A stretch of 64,000 nucleotides of DNA from Alphaproteobacteria bacterium. Lineage in GTDB: Bacteria > Pseudomonadota > Alphaproteobacteria > Bin95. Below, in pieces: positions 8,901 to 17,493 of the stretch; the stretch's first letter is position 1, and each line of letters starts with the position of its first letter. Made by a program: the position numbers and the translations under genes. The notes under the pieces are model-generated. The model had not been told where the DNA came from, searched no databases, and worked only from the letters and a program-made list of their open reading frames with translations. The DNA is taken from NCBI GenBank assembly GCA_963665325.3, contig OZ224045.1, forward strand, positions 480,001 through 544,000, in the 5' to 3' direction.

Positions 8901-9931
8901 TCCGCCTCCTCCTCCTTGCCCCACAGCGCCGGATCGTTGCCCCAGACGGTCCAGCCGGGGCGGGGCTTGCGCCCGAACAGTTCCAGATAAGGGCCCGCGA
9001 CCAAGCTCTCGACGCTCTCATAGACTTCTTGCGGCTTCTCGCTGTGCTTACCGCGGGGCGCGAAGATTCTCTCATCGACGCCGGCGTCGATCCGAGACGG
9101 GCTGCCGCGCGTGCCCAGCAGACAGATTTCCACGCCCTTGCGCGTCCAGTAGCCCTTTGCCGGGGCGCCGCCCTTTATCCAGACAAGCCCCGTGGTCGAA
9201 TACTTGAACCCCCACCGCTTCAGCACGTCGAGCGCGTTCTCCAGCTGGTCGCTGGTCGTCCACATGAGCAGCACGGCGTCATCGGCGGCGCAGGCCTTGA
9301 CCTGCGGACCGAGCGCCTTGATGTCGTCGAGGGCCATCGTCGGGTAATGGTTCTCCGCCGAGCGATCCTTTCCCGCGTCGCTCCAGCTCTCGAACCGCCA
9401 GGGCGGGTCCGCCAGGATGACGGGCCACTTACCGACCGGGAACTCCCGAGTGTCGCCGCCACCGGTGTCATGCCGCCGCTCGATCAGGCGGCGCTTCACG
9501 GCGCCGCGTTTCATTTCGGGATGGATAACGCCGTGGTCGACCAGTTCGTCGAATGCCTCGGGTTCCAGGCCGGCGATCTCGTCGAGGATCAGCTGGTCGT
9601 TTGGGAGGGGGGTGTTAACGATGTTAACGCCGTCCAGATAACGACCGATGTTCGGGTCGAGGCCGATCCGCATAAGTCGTGCCGCCGTCTGCCGCGAAAT
9701 CGGCAGCGTCTGTGCGAGCCAGCCACCCCATTGGCCGTCGCCGGCCCGCTTCCGATAAGCGGCGAGCGCACGGCCGACGATGACGAATCCGACGACGCCC
9801 ATCCGCCAGCCGAGCTGCGCATGGTTCGTGCAGAGACGCTCGAAATCGGGCCAATGCAGCCTGTCATCGTCAAGCGGCGCAAGCAGTTCGCCGAGGCCCG
9901 CGCCTGCCGGCGGCAACACTTCCCCCGTCAT
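8897..9931 (-). CDS. MT-A70 family N6-adenine methyltransferase with N-terminal DUF3102-like domain
   Basis: VILADPPW, HYPTM, VLLMWTT, GYWTRKGVEICLLG, HSEKP, YLELFGR...GWTVWGN. N-terminal GRAL...GQWGGWL...ISRQTAARLM. Confidence 0.88.
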   Translation of the reverse strand: MTGEVLPPAGAGLGELLAPLDDDRLHWPDFERLCTNHAQLGWRMGVVGFVIVGRALAAYRKRAGDGQWGGWLAQTLPISRQTAARLMRIGLDPNIGRYLDGVNIVNTPLPNDQLILDEIAGLEPEAFDELVDHGVIHPEMKRGAVKRRLIERRHDTGGGDTREFPVGKWPVILADPPWRFESWSDAGKDRSAENHYPTMALDDIKALGPQVKACAADDAVLLMWTTSDQLENALDVLKRWGFKYSTTGLVWIKGGAPAKGYWTRKGVEICLLGTRGSPSRIDAGVDERIFAPRGKHSEKPQEVYESVESLVAGPYLELFGRKPRPGWTVWGNDPALWGKEEEAE

Positions 9932-10089
9932 TCCACACATCCCTCCCGGTGATGCCGTTCGAGCGTCACCACCAGTTTCGTTCCGTCCTGCGCCTCCAGC
10001 GTCATCGCCGGCATTTCCTCGCGCCTGCGGTCGCCTTCACGGCCCTTGAGATTGTGCGCCAGCACCTCGATCAGCTCGTCGGCGCTCAT
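9928..10089 (-). CDS. Small hypothetical phage protein (53 aa)
   Basis: Hand-read ORF MSADELIEVLAHNLK..., ATGA-coupled at both ends. Confidence 0.5.
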   Translation of the reverse strand: MSADELIEVLAHNLKGREGDRRREEMPAMTLEAQDGTKLVVTLERHHREGCVE

Positions 10090-10535
10090 AGCCCCAGCTC
10101 CTCAAGCTCGCGCCGCATGGCCGGCGGCATGTCGTCGGCTTCGACCGGCGCAGCGTCCGCCAGATCGGGCGGCGCGTCGGCGTCGGCGAGATAGCGCCAG
10201 CCGCGCACCATGCCGACGGCGCGCTGCTCGACCCGGATGAGCTCGGGCCGCATCAGGATCGCCCAAGCGCCGCCGTAGTCTTCGAGCCCAATGAAGGGCA
10301 TCCGGAACAGGGTATGGCGGCGCTTCGGACCGCCGACGAAGAAGACCGATCCGCCTTCGAGCTCGGCCGCCCGCGCCGGGCGCCGCATGGTAACGGTGGA
10401 GAACTCGTCGAAGCCCCGATCCGCGATGTAACGGACCCATCCCTCGGCCTCGTCTATGGTCTTGATTTGGCCGCAGCCGGGGCGGCCGTCGTTCCACTGG
10501 ACGAAGCCGCGCAGCAGGTGAAGCGGGGCAGTCAT
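10086..10535 (-). CDS. DUF1489-like protein
   Basis: TMRRPARAAELEGGSVFFV, VRGWRYLADADAPPDL, MPPAMRRELEELGL. Confidence 0.75.
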   Translation of the reverse strand: MTAPLHLLRGFVQWNDGRPGCGQIKTIDEAEGWVRYIADRGFDEFSTVTMRRPARAAELEGGSVFFVGGPKRRHTLFRMPFIGLEDYGGAWAILMRPELIRVEQRAVGMVRGWRYLADADAPPDLADAAPVEADDMPPAMRRELEELGL

Positions 10536-10726
10536 CGCGCCGCCGCCGGAATGGCGATGTGGCGCGCATCAAGGTCGCGCCCGAACAGGCCGTCGCCGGC
10601 CCATACCGCGTTCCATTCCGTCACGGTCTGCCGGGCCTCGGGCAGCGTTGCCCGGATCGAGGCGACGAATACGGTCCGCGCCCGCCGGCCCTTGAGAGGC
10701 CGCTCGCGCCGCCAGATCAGCCACAT
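10532..10726 (-). CDS. Hypothetical phage protein
   Basis: ORF in the tightly packed early operon, ATGA overlap with the next gene. Confidence 0.45.
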   Translation of the reverse strand: MWLIWRRERPLKGRRARTVFVASIRATLPEARQTVTEWNAVWAGDGLFGRDLDARHIAIPAAAR

Positions 10727-10747
10727 GCGCTTACCCCCCCCCACGGC

Positions 10748-11014
10748 TCATCTCAGCACCTCGTCGACCGGCTTCACGCCCTGGTATTCGTCCTCGCGCT
10801 CCCCGCCGTCGAGGCGGGATTCGACATCCTCCAGCCACTGGCGCTGGCGCGGGCTGATGAAGGTCTGCCCGCCGTAGCTGTCGAGGGCGCGATCCATGTC
10901 CATCAGGAACCGGACCTCGTTGTCGCTCGACCCGATGTCGGACTGCCAGGCCCGCGCGATCACGCCGCGCGCCCACTCGGCGTCCTCGCCGATGGCTTTG
11001 GACGCTTCCCTCAT
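10748..11014 (-). CDS. Hypothetical phage protein
   Basis: Coupled ORF with SDNEVRFLMDM...ISPRQRQWLEDV, a small-phage-protein pattern. Confidence 0.55.
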   Translation of the reverse strand: MREASKAIGEDAEWARGVIARAWQSDIGSSDNEVRFLMDMDRALDSYGGQTFISPRQRQWLEDVESRLDGGEREDEYQGVKPVDEVLR

Positions 11015-11241
11015 TCCGCTTCCCCCGCCTTGGCGGTTTCGTAGGCGTCAAGGAACTCGCTCAAGGGCACGATGGTGCCGACGGCGACGGTCCCGTCGTC
11101 GTTCTTGAACTCCATCTTCGCGAAGGCGTCATAGTCTTCCGCCTCCAGCTGCCCGAGAATCTTCTGGTATTCGGCCTCGCTGACAGTCGCGTAGATGCGC
11201 TTGTCGTCTGCGCCCACGAAGGCAGTGGCGACCATCCTCAT
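11011..11241 (-). CDS. Hypothetical phage protein
   Basis: MRMVATAFVGADDKRIY..., ATGA-coupled, with an RBS. Confidence 0.55.
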   Translation of the reverse strand: MRMVATAFVGADDKRIYATVSEAEYQKILGQLEAEDYDAFAKMEFKNDDGTVAVGTIVPLSEFLDAYETAKAGEAE

Positions 11242-11759
11242 TGCGCTTCCTCCGCCTCGCCGCCTTCCTCCAGGAGGGCGTCGACGAGCTTGTCGATATC
11301 GGTGGACGGCACGGTGATCGCGACCTCGTCGACCGGGTCGGCGATGAACAGGCCGATCTTCGCGAGGTCGGTCGCCGGCAGCTTGCGCAGCGCCGTCTTG
11401 TCCACCGTCGTCTTCACCCGGACGAGCGCGGCCTCGCGGGTGGGCAGCTTCTTCCGGATGAGCGCCACGACCGCGTCCTCGTCCGCGATCTCGATGCTGC
11501 CCTGCTGCTTGCGCCAGCCGAACTTGACGCCGTCCACGGTCTGGGTCCGGGGCCGGGCGAACAGCTCCGGCTCGGCCTCGACGGCGGCGCGAAGCGCATC
11601 CTTCGCGGCGGCCGTTTCGGCCACGCGGTTGCGCAGCGCGCGCAGGCGCGAGCGCACCGCCTGGCGGCGGCGCTCGCGGATATCGTCCAGGACCTCCTCC
11701 ATGGCGTCGCGCGACGCGGCATAAGCCCGGGCAAGGTCCATGATGTCGTCGATCGTCAT
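11238..11759 (-). CDS. Mu Gam-like host-nuclease inhibitor
   Basis: Coiled coil, then ELFARPRTQTVDGVKFGWRKQQGSIE...VRVKTTVDKTAL...LAKIG. Confidence 0.75.
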   Translation of the reverse strand: MTIDDIMDLARAYAASRDAMEEVLDDIRERRRQAVRSRLRALRNRVAETAAAKDALRAAVEAEPELFARPRTQTVDGVKFGWRKQQGSIEIADEDAVVALIRKKLPTREAALVRVKTTVDKTALRKLPATDLAKIGLFIADPVDEVAITVPSTDIDKLVDALLEEGGEAEEAQ

Positions 11760-12061
11760 GCCGCCTGCTCCTTTCGTGCTGCGGCCAGCGCGGCCAGGCA
11801 CCGCCGCTCCAGCTCGTTGAACCGGGCAAGCTCGCCCGTGTCGTCGTCGAGCCGCCGCCGCGCCGCCTTCAGGGCGTGATGCGCGAACCACCCGCGCCCG
11901 AACTCGTGGTCTATCTGCTTCGGCACGAGGCCGAGCAGCCGCTCCATCAGCAGCGCGGCCGTGTAGCGCGCCGGCGCGGAGGCCTGGCGGCGGCTGAGCA
12001 TGTCGTTCAGCCCCAGGCCGTATTCCGCCGCGACGACGCTCATGACGATCCGGGCGCTCAT
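11756..12061 (-). CDS. DnaA C-terminal-like HTH protein
   Basis: IVMSVVAAEYGLGLNDMLSRRQ...ARYTAALLMERLLG...QIDHEFGR. Confidence 0.65.
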   Translation of the reverse strand: MSARIVMSVVAAEYGLGLNDMLSRRQASAPARYTAALLMERLLGLVPKQIDHEFGRGWFAHHALKAARRRLDDDTGELARFNELERRCLAALAAARKEQAA

Positions 12062-12285
12062 CCCGGCCGCCTCCGGAACCGCAGGACGTTGCCCGGCGCC
12101 GCGCCGTCCGGCAGGCGCGCGAGCGGCGCGACCACCGCCGCGCCCTGCCACTCGACGGCGTCGGCTTCGAGCAGCTCCAGGCGATTGCAGACGCCTTCGG
12201 CGACCGTGCGCAGGTCGTCTGCATTTCGGCTGTCCAGCGCCACGCGCAGGCACATCCGCGCCGCCGCGATCTCGTCGCTAAGCAT
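12058..12285 (-). CDS. Hypothetical phage protein
   Basis: Coupled ORF ending GNVLRF. Confidence 0.55.
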   Translation of the reverse strand: MLSDEIAAARMCLRVALDSRNADDLRTVAEGVCNRLELLEADAVEWQGAAVVAPLARLPDGAAPGNVLRFRRRPG

Positions 12286-12445
12286 GTGTCCACGTCCACG
12301 CATCAAGATGGTCGACCAGGTCCGCCGCCAGCTCCTCGTCGGTCAAGGTTTCGGCGAGGACGCCCGGCAGATTGTTGAGCCAGCTGACCGCGGCAGTTAT
12401 CCGCTGCTCGGGTGGCAGGTCGACGGCGAAAGGCATGCGCGCCAT
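12278..12445 (-). CDS. Small hypothetical phage protein (55 aa)
   Basis: GAGGAGG RBS, MARMPFAVDLPPEQR...; read by hand. Confidence 0.5.
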   Translation of the reverse strand: MARMPFAVDLPPEQRITAAVSWLNNLPGVLAETLTDEELAADLVDHLDAWTWTHA

Positions 12446-12720
12446 CGCGCGGCCTCCTCTTGCTGTTGCGGGATTTCGGGCGGCTCCTCCATCGGCTCGA
12501 TGCGCAGCCAGACGCTGCTGTGCGCAAGGCCGGTCTCGGTGAATGGAACGGGGCGCGCCGTGCGGATGTGGAGCAGCGTCTCCAGGCCGGCGCAGGCCCG
12601 CTCGGAGACCTTCTCGATCATGGTGAGCGGGCTGCCGGTGTAGACGGACTGGCAGTGGATCGGCGAGCCGTCCGCCTCATGCATAAGGAAGGTGTGCAGG
12701 TGGCCGGGGTGGAACTTCAT
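12397..12720 (-). CDS. Hypothetical phage protein
   Basis: MKFHPGHLHTF..., ATGA overlap with the MuB stop. Confidence 0.5.
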   Translation of the reverse strand: MKFHPGHLHTFLMHEADGSPIHCQSVYTGSPLTMIEKVSERACAGLETLLHIRTARPVPFTETGLAHSSVWLRIEPMEEPPEIPQQQEEAARWRACLSPSTCHPSSG

Positions 12721-13685
12721 GCCGCTTCCTCTGCCGCCGCTGCCACGTCCAGGCTCGCCGCCTCGAGGTCGGCGCTGTCGATCCGCTCCCGCCCTTGCGT
12801 GCGGGCGATCATCCAGGCGCGCGCCAGCGTGCGGCGGAGCGCATGCAGGCCGCCCGGCCCGCGCGCGGCGCCCATGGCGGCCTTCATGTCGCGCTTCGTC
12901 GGCGCACGGCCCAGCACGCCGGCCAGCAGCGCCTCGACGTCGATATCGGACGGCGCGCGCCGCTCGATGCGCCCGCCGATCCGCCCGACGATCTGCGGAC
13001 AGCGCGCCAGCGTCATCCGGACCGAGCTGTCGCCGATCAGCGCCAGCCCGCAATGCGCGATGTCCCGGATGCGCCGGAGCTCGTCGAGGCACCGCGCCGA
13101 AAGGTGGTGCGCCTCGTCGACACAGAGCAGCGCGCCCCGGTCCCGGAGCGTATCGATCACCGCCGTCTCCGCGTCGAGCGCCGAGCCGTGCCGGCCTCCG
13201 GCGCCGACCGCCGCGCCGACCCTGCCGAGCAAGCCCGACAGCGTCCTGACCGCGCAGGTCATTTCCGCGTAGAACGCCGTGGAGTGCGTCCGGCAGTAAT
13301 GCTCGACCGACCAGCTCTTGCCGACGCCGGACACCCCGTGCACCAGCACGATGTCGCCGACCGCCTGGGCGTGTCCGAGCAGCGAGGAGATTTCGTCCGC
13401 CACATCGAGATTGCGGTGGATGTCGAGCCCGGCCGCCTCGAGGCTGTGGCGCCGCGTCTGGCGCTGGGTGTGCAGCCAGCGTCCGATCTTCGCTTCAACG
13501 GCGTTGTTGTCGCCCTTGTAATTGCCATTCAACCAGGCGCTTATCGCCCCTGGAGACAGTCCGGGGATCAGGCGCGAAGCCGCGTTCTGGCTTATCTTCA
13601 GCCGCGCGAGCTCGGCCAGGAACTCCTCTCTCGTCGCCAGGCCGGGAGCTTCCGCGGCCGCCAGCCGGTGGACATTCTCAGTCAT
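12717..13685 (-). CDS. MuB-like AAA ATPase (transposition target protein)
   Basis: N-terminal HTH (ISAWLNGNYKGD), GVSGVGKS Walker A, LCVDEAHHL Walker B. Directly downstream of the transposase. Confidence 0.92.
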   Translation of the reverse strand: MTENVHRLAAAEAPGLATREEFLAELARLKISQNAASRLIPGLSPGAISAWLNGNYKGDNNAVEAKIGRWLHTQRQTRRHSLEAAGLDIHRNLDVADEISSLLGHAQAVGDIVLVHGVSGVGKSWSVEHYCRTHSTAFYAEMTCAVRTLSGLLGRVGAAVGAGGRHGSALDAETAVIDTLRDRGALLCVDEAHHLSARCLDELRRIRDIAHCGLALIGDSSVRMTLARCPQIVGRIGGRIERRAPSDIDVEALLAGVLGRAPTKRDMKAAMGAARGPGGLHALRRTLARAWMIARTQGRERIDSADLEAASLDVAAAAEEAA

Positions 13686-15645
13686 CGAGTGCCTCCAGTT
13701 CTTGGAATTTCCGGAACAGCGCGCCATGGGACATGCCGACCGCCGCGCGGTCCGGCTTGTCGAGCGCGTCCAGTTTGTCGCGTTCGGCGGCGGCGGCCTC
13801 CGCCGCGATCGTGTCATCGGTGCGATGAACCTCGCCGGCCGCCGGGAACGGCACGACCCGCGCGCTGTCTTCGGCCGCATGCGCCAGAACGCGGCTCATC
13901 GCCGCCTCCGGCTCGACCACCTTCGCCAGCTCGCGCGCGTGCTTGCGCGCCGCGCGGTCCAGGCCGCGGGCAAGCGCCCTCGCCTCTCGCGCGACTTCCT
14001 TCGGATCGATGCCGGTGCGCAGCGGGTCTTCGGCGACGCATATGAACCGACCCGTGGCGTCGAACGCGAACACGCGCCCGAAATCGGCCGGGTCGAGCCG
14101 GACCTGCACCCGCTCCTTGACGTGCAGTCCGAGCCGGCCCGCGATGTAGAGGCCGCCCGCGACCGACAGGCCATCCTTCTGCACCGTCCGCCAGCCGCCA
14201 CCCTTGGCCGGCTCGGCAAGCAGGATGTCGAGCCCGCGCTCGTCGACCCGCCGGCGCTCACCGGTCCAGGACGCGGCCTTCTCGAACGGCGTCATGTCGC
14301 CGCCCAGGCCGGAATGCGTTTCGCGTCCGTAGACGTTCTCGCACCAGCCGTCGATCTGCTCCTGCAGCTGCTCGGGCGTCAGGTCGCAGGCGAAGGTGAT
14401 CGTCTTGTTCTGACCCCGGCGCCCGGCGAAGGACCAGCGGCTCCGGATCGCCTCGCGGTCGGCGACATTGTGCCCGACAAAGCCCGGCAGCATGACGAAC
14501 AGGTCGTGCCCGATCGTCCTCATGAAACGCTCGATATGCGGCTTTTGATCGGGGCTGTAAGGGGGCAGGATGTCATGGAGGACATCGAGCCGGTCGAAGA
14601 TGGCGCAGAGGTGATTCGAGACATAGTCCGCGCCCTCGTCCGTCCGGACGATCTTCGGCACCCCCCAGTCCAGCAGACAGCGGCGCAGCAGGAGCGCGAC
14701 GGAAACCGACCGCGAAGTCGGCGCGACAATCGCCTTCGCGCGGCGCGACCAGACGTCGATTCCCGCGACCAGCGTGTAGCGCCTGCCGTCCGCGCACATC
14801 ACGTCGATCTTGGTCGAGTCCAGCTCCCATAGCTGGTTCAGCTCGTCGATGTCCGCGTCGGCCTTGCCCATGGCCGGCATCCAGCCGGACTTGTGCTTGT
14901 CCGGATCGGTCACCGCCGAAAGGGACCGGCGGTTCTCGCGCCGCCAGCGGCGCACCCAATACCGGATCGCAGCGATGCTCGGCGTCGGGCGGTCCCGGAA
15001 ATCGGCCGCCAGCACACGCCGGATCTGCTTCGCGGTGATATGGGGGTCTCTCTCGAACAGGAGGGACGCGCAGACGGCGCGCATCGCGGGGTCCGCGTCG
15101 ATGATCGAGGTCCGTCCGCCGGCGCCGGGCAGCAGCGCCATGGCGCCGGAGCGCTGTTCATCCCAAATCCAGCCGCGCACGGTGCTCCAGCCGACGGACG
15201 GGATCGCGGCGCGCGTCTCGTCGGAAACGCTCGCGCCGCTCTTCTTGTATATGGCGCACCATTCCCGGAGCGCCTTGTCCCGCGCCGTCTTGCCGCTCTC
15301 CGCCCACCAGCGCCGGAACGCCGTGAGGATCTCGACCCTGGCATCAAACCTCGCCACCGGGCCATCGTCGCCGCAAGGGATGGACGGCCCCGCCAGTGCG
15401 GGAGCAGGACCGTCCGCCGGCGGGCAGGGAGTAGAACCCGCCAGCATCTCTTCGCCGCGCGCCTGGCGCAGCGCCGCCTGGGTGATCTCGGGGAGGGAGG
15501 ATTCCAACCATTCCAGGACCGTCCGCCGGCCCCATGACACCTCGCGGCATACCCAGCCGCGGGAGGCTCCGCTGGCCTGAATCGGGCGCGCGACCGCCGG
15601 CATGCCGGGCAGGCCGACAAGGTCCTTCGTGCGGTGCCAGATCAT
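13678..15645 (-). CDS. MuA-like DDE transposase
   Basis: Mu DNA-binding N-terminus (LVGLPGMP), WELDST / RTDEGADY / KPHIERF DDE motifs, Mu-transposase C-terminus (VQVRLDPADFG). Confidence 0.93.
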   Translation of the reverse strand: MIWHRTKDLVGLPGMPAVARPIQASGASRGWVCREVSWGRRTVLEWLESSLPEITQAALRQARGEEMLAGSTPCPPADGPAPALAGPSIPCGDDGPVARFDARVEILTAFRRWWAESGKTARDKALREWCAIYKKSGASVSDETRAAIPSVGWSTVRGWIWDEQRSGAMALLPGAGGRTSIIDADPAMRAVCASLLFERDPHITAKQIRRVLAADFRDRPTPSIAAIRYWVRRWRRENRRSLSAVTDPDKHKSGWMPAMGKADADIDELNQLWELDSTKIDVMCADGRRYTLVAGIDVWSRRAKAIVAPTSRSVSVALLLRRCLLDWGVPKIVRTDEGADYVSNHLCAIFDRLDVLHDILPPYSPDQKPHIERFMRTIGHDLFVMLPGFVGHNVADREAIRSRWSFAGRRGQNKTITFACDLTPEQLQEQIDGWCENVYGRETHSGLGGDMTPFEKAASWTGERRRVDERGLDILLAEPAKGGGWRTVQKDGLSVAGGLYIAGRLGLHVKERVQVRLDPADFGRVFAFDATGRFICVAEDPLRTGIDPKEVAREARALARGLDRAARKHARELAKVVEPEAAMSRVLAHAAEDSARVVPFPAAGEVHRTDDTIAAEAAAAERDKLDALDKPDRAAVGMSHGALFRKFQELEALDD

Positions 15646-15848
15646 GCCACCGCCTCGCTCTCGCGGCGGTAGACGATGCTCTCCGGCAAGCGGGCAAAGG
15701 CCTCGCCGATCTCGACCTTCCAGGTCCGGCCCCGCGCCGTTCGCACGGTAACCACCGTGCCTGGCGCGAGCTCGTCCGTGCCGGCGATCTCGACGCCCCA
15801 TTCCTGGCGGCGCAGCGATATCAACCGGGGCTTCCCAATGACAGTCAT
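15642..15848 (-). CDS. Hypothetical phage protein
   Basis: ATGA-coupled to both neighbours. Confidence 0.55.
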   Translation of the reverse strand: MTVIGKPRLISLRRQEWGVEIAGTDELAPGTVVTVRTARGRTWKVEIGEAFARLPESIVYRRESEAVA

Positions 15849-16087
15849 GACGCCCGCCCCGCGAAGGGCATGCGGTAGCGGTAGACCCGCCGCCCGGTCC
15901 GCCTGTCCTTGTCCCAGCGGCCCTCGATGTAGAAGCCGTTCTCGCGCAGCTCCGCGATGATGCTGTTCACGGCCGCGACCTGCGCGCCGGCGATGATCTC
16001 GTAGGTGGAATGCTCGGCCCCGTCCGACAGGAGCGCGTGGACGCGCTGCAACCGTTCGGAAAACTCGATCCGGGCCGCATGCATCAT
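15845..16087 (-). CDS. Winged-HTH phage protein
   Basis: RLQRVHALLSDGAEHSTYEII...NSIIAELRENGFYIE...YRY. Confidence 0.65.
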   Translation of the reverse strand: MMHAARIEFSERLQRVHALLSDGAEHSTYEIIAGAQVAAVNSIIAELRENGFYIEGRWDKDRRTGRRVYRYRMPFAGRAS

Positions 16088-16125
16088 GCGCTCACCCGGT
16101 CAAGGCCGAGGGGGGGGTAAACGGA

Positions 16126-16159
16126 CCGGCCCGGCGGAACCGAAGTCCCGCCGGGCCGG
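16126..16159 (-). terminator. GC hairpin with C(UUCG)G loop, terminator/attenuator candidate
   Basis: CCGGCCCGGCGG-GACTTCGGTT-CCGCCGGGCCGG on the minus strand, with a short U tract. Confidence 0.45.
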
Positions 16160-16324
16160 ACGCGGTCTCTCCCGCCGTCACGCCCACACAGTTGACGTTC
16201 CGGTCCCATGTCCCGGCCATGGGCAGCCCTACTCCCGGCGCTCCCACCGGCCGGCCTGTTTCCGCCAGCGCCAGCACGGTGGTCATCGCATCCGGTTTCG
16301 CTTGGGATTCTGGCATGGCGCCGG

Positions 16325-16819
16325 TCAGGCCGCCTCGGCGGCCAACAGCGGGTCGGCGAGCGCGTCCTCGATCAGCTCCTCGACCTTGAGCGGGATGTTT
16401 TCGCTGTCGATATCGTCGAGCCGCAACACCGTGACGCCATCCGCGGCGAACGCGTCGAAGTCGTCGAGGATGACCTTCGGAAGGCCCTTGCCATTCCGGT
16501 GGACCCGCATCGTGCGGATCATCACGATCACCTTGACGTCCTCGTCGTCGAGCCGGGCGTCGATCTGGAAGCGGAGCCTTTGGGCCCGGTTCGGCTGACC
16601 CCACTCGAGCTCGTTCAGGGCGTCGGCGAAGGCCAGCTCTATCCCCATGACGTCGAAACCGGACCTCGGCGTGACGCCATCGGTCTCGAACGCGCCGGCA
16701 TCGTGGACGACGATGCGATCAAGGCCGTTCTTGGTCTGGAAGTGCTCCAGGGTGCGGAGCTCGATGAGCACGTCCGTCGGGACGTCTTTCACCATGTAGG
16801 TATGCAGCAGTTTGAGCAT
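16325..16819 (-). CDS. Hypothetical phage protein
   Basis: 164-aa ORF with an AGAGGA RBS and natural composition. Confidence 0.65.
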   Translation of the reverse strand: MLKLLHTYMVKDVPTDVLIELRTLEHFQTKNGLDRIVVHDAGAFETDGVTPRSGFDVMGIELAFADALNELEWGQPNRAQRLRFQIDARLDDEDVKVIVMIRTMRVHRNGKGLPKVILDDFDAFAADGVTVLRLDDIDSENIPLKVEELIEDALADPLLAAEAA

Positions 16820-16822
16820 GGG

Positions 16823-17140
16823 CTATCCTCTTGCTCGTTGGCGCCGGGGATCGAAGCCGGCCCCAGCTTCCGGCATGCGATTGCCAGAACCGCCGGGGTT
16901 CGCGCCCCGGCGGTTCGCTTCTTTCAGGCGCCAGACGCGCGTCATGCGCCCGGCATGGATGCCAAGCACCGACCAGACCCGGTCCTGCCGCTCCAGGCGG
17001 CGGAGCAGGTCGTAAGCGGCGAAGCGCGTTACCCCGGCACCGTCCGCCAATGCCGCCGTCGTCGCCGGCGCGGGCACGAGCTCGTAAGCCCGCAACGCCT
17101 CGAGCAGACGCTCGCTGCGGCGCTCGGCGAGGGCGCTCAT
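16823..17140 (-). CDS. Winged-HTH phage protein
   Basis: TTAALADGAGVTRFAAYDLLRRLERQDRV; ATGA-coupled to the cro-like gene. Confidence 0.55.
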   Translation of the reverse strand: MSALAERRSERLLEALRAYELVPAPATTAALADGAGVTRFAAYDLLRRLERQDRVWSVLGIHAGRMTRVWRLKEANRRGANPGGSGNRMPEAGAGFDPRRQRARG

Positions 17141-17385
17141 GCGGCGTCCTTTCGCTGCGGCGGGCGGGGGATGTCCGCCGGCCACTCGAGGTCCTCGGGC
17201 CAGTTCGCCCAGAAGTACCGCATTGCACGTTCATAGGTTTGGAGCGTGCAGCCACGCCGGCGACCATCTTTCAGGTCCCGGAAGAATTTCGCTGACCCAA
17301 CCGCCCGGAGGCCCAGTTGCCAATGCGACCCGAGGCCGTTTGCCGCCGCCGCTGCCGCCAGTATCAGGAGGTGATCCACCATCAT
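17137..17385 (-). CDS. Cro/Ner-like lytic regulator
   Basis: KFFRDLKDG...TLQTYERAMRYFWANWPEDLEWPADIPRP; divergent from the repressor. Confidence 0.75.
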   Translation of the reverse strand: MMVDHLLILAAAAAANGLGSHWQLGLRAVGSAKFFRDLKDGRRRGCTLQTYERAMRYFWANWPEDLEWPADIPRPPQRKDAA

Positions 17386-17387
17386 TT

Positions 17388-17491
17388 TTGGATATTGCCA
17401 AAGTTTTCCGGGCGCAGTCAAACATATTTTGGCATTTTCCAAGATGCGAATTGAAGGCTTGTGCTTTTCATTCCAAATTGGCAAATTCCAA
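17388..17491. promoter_or_regulatory. Three operator sites TTGG-N6-CCAA in the divergent promoter region
   Basis: TTGGATATTGCCAA 17388-17401, TTGGCATTTTCCAA 17429-17442, TTGGCAAATTCCAA 17478-17491, in an AT-rich island. Confidence 0.75.
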
Positions 17492-17493
17492 GA

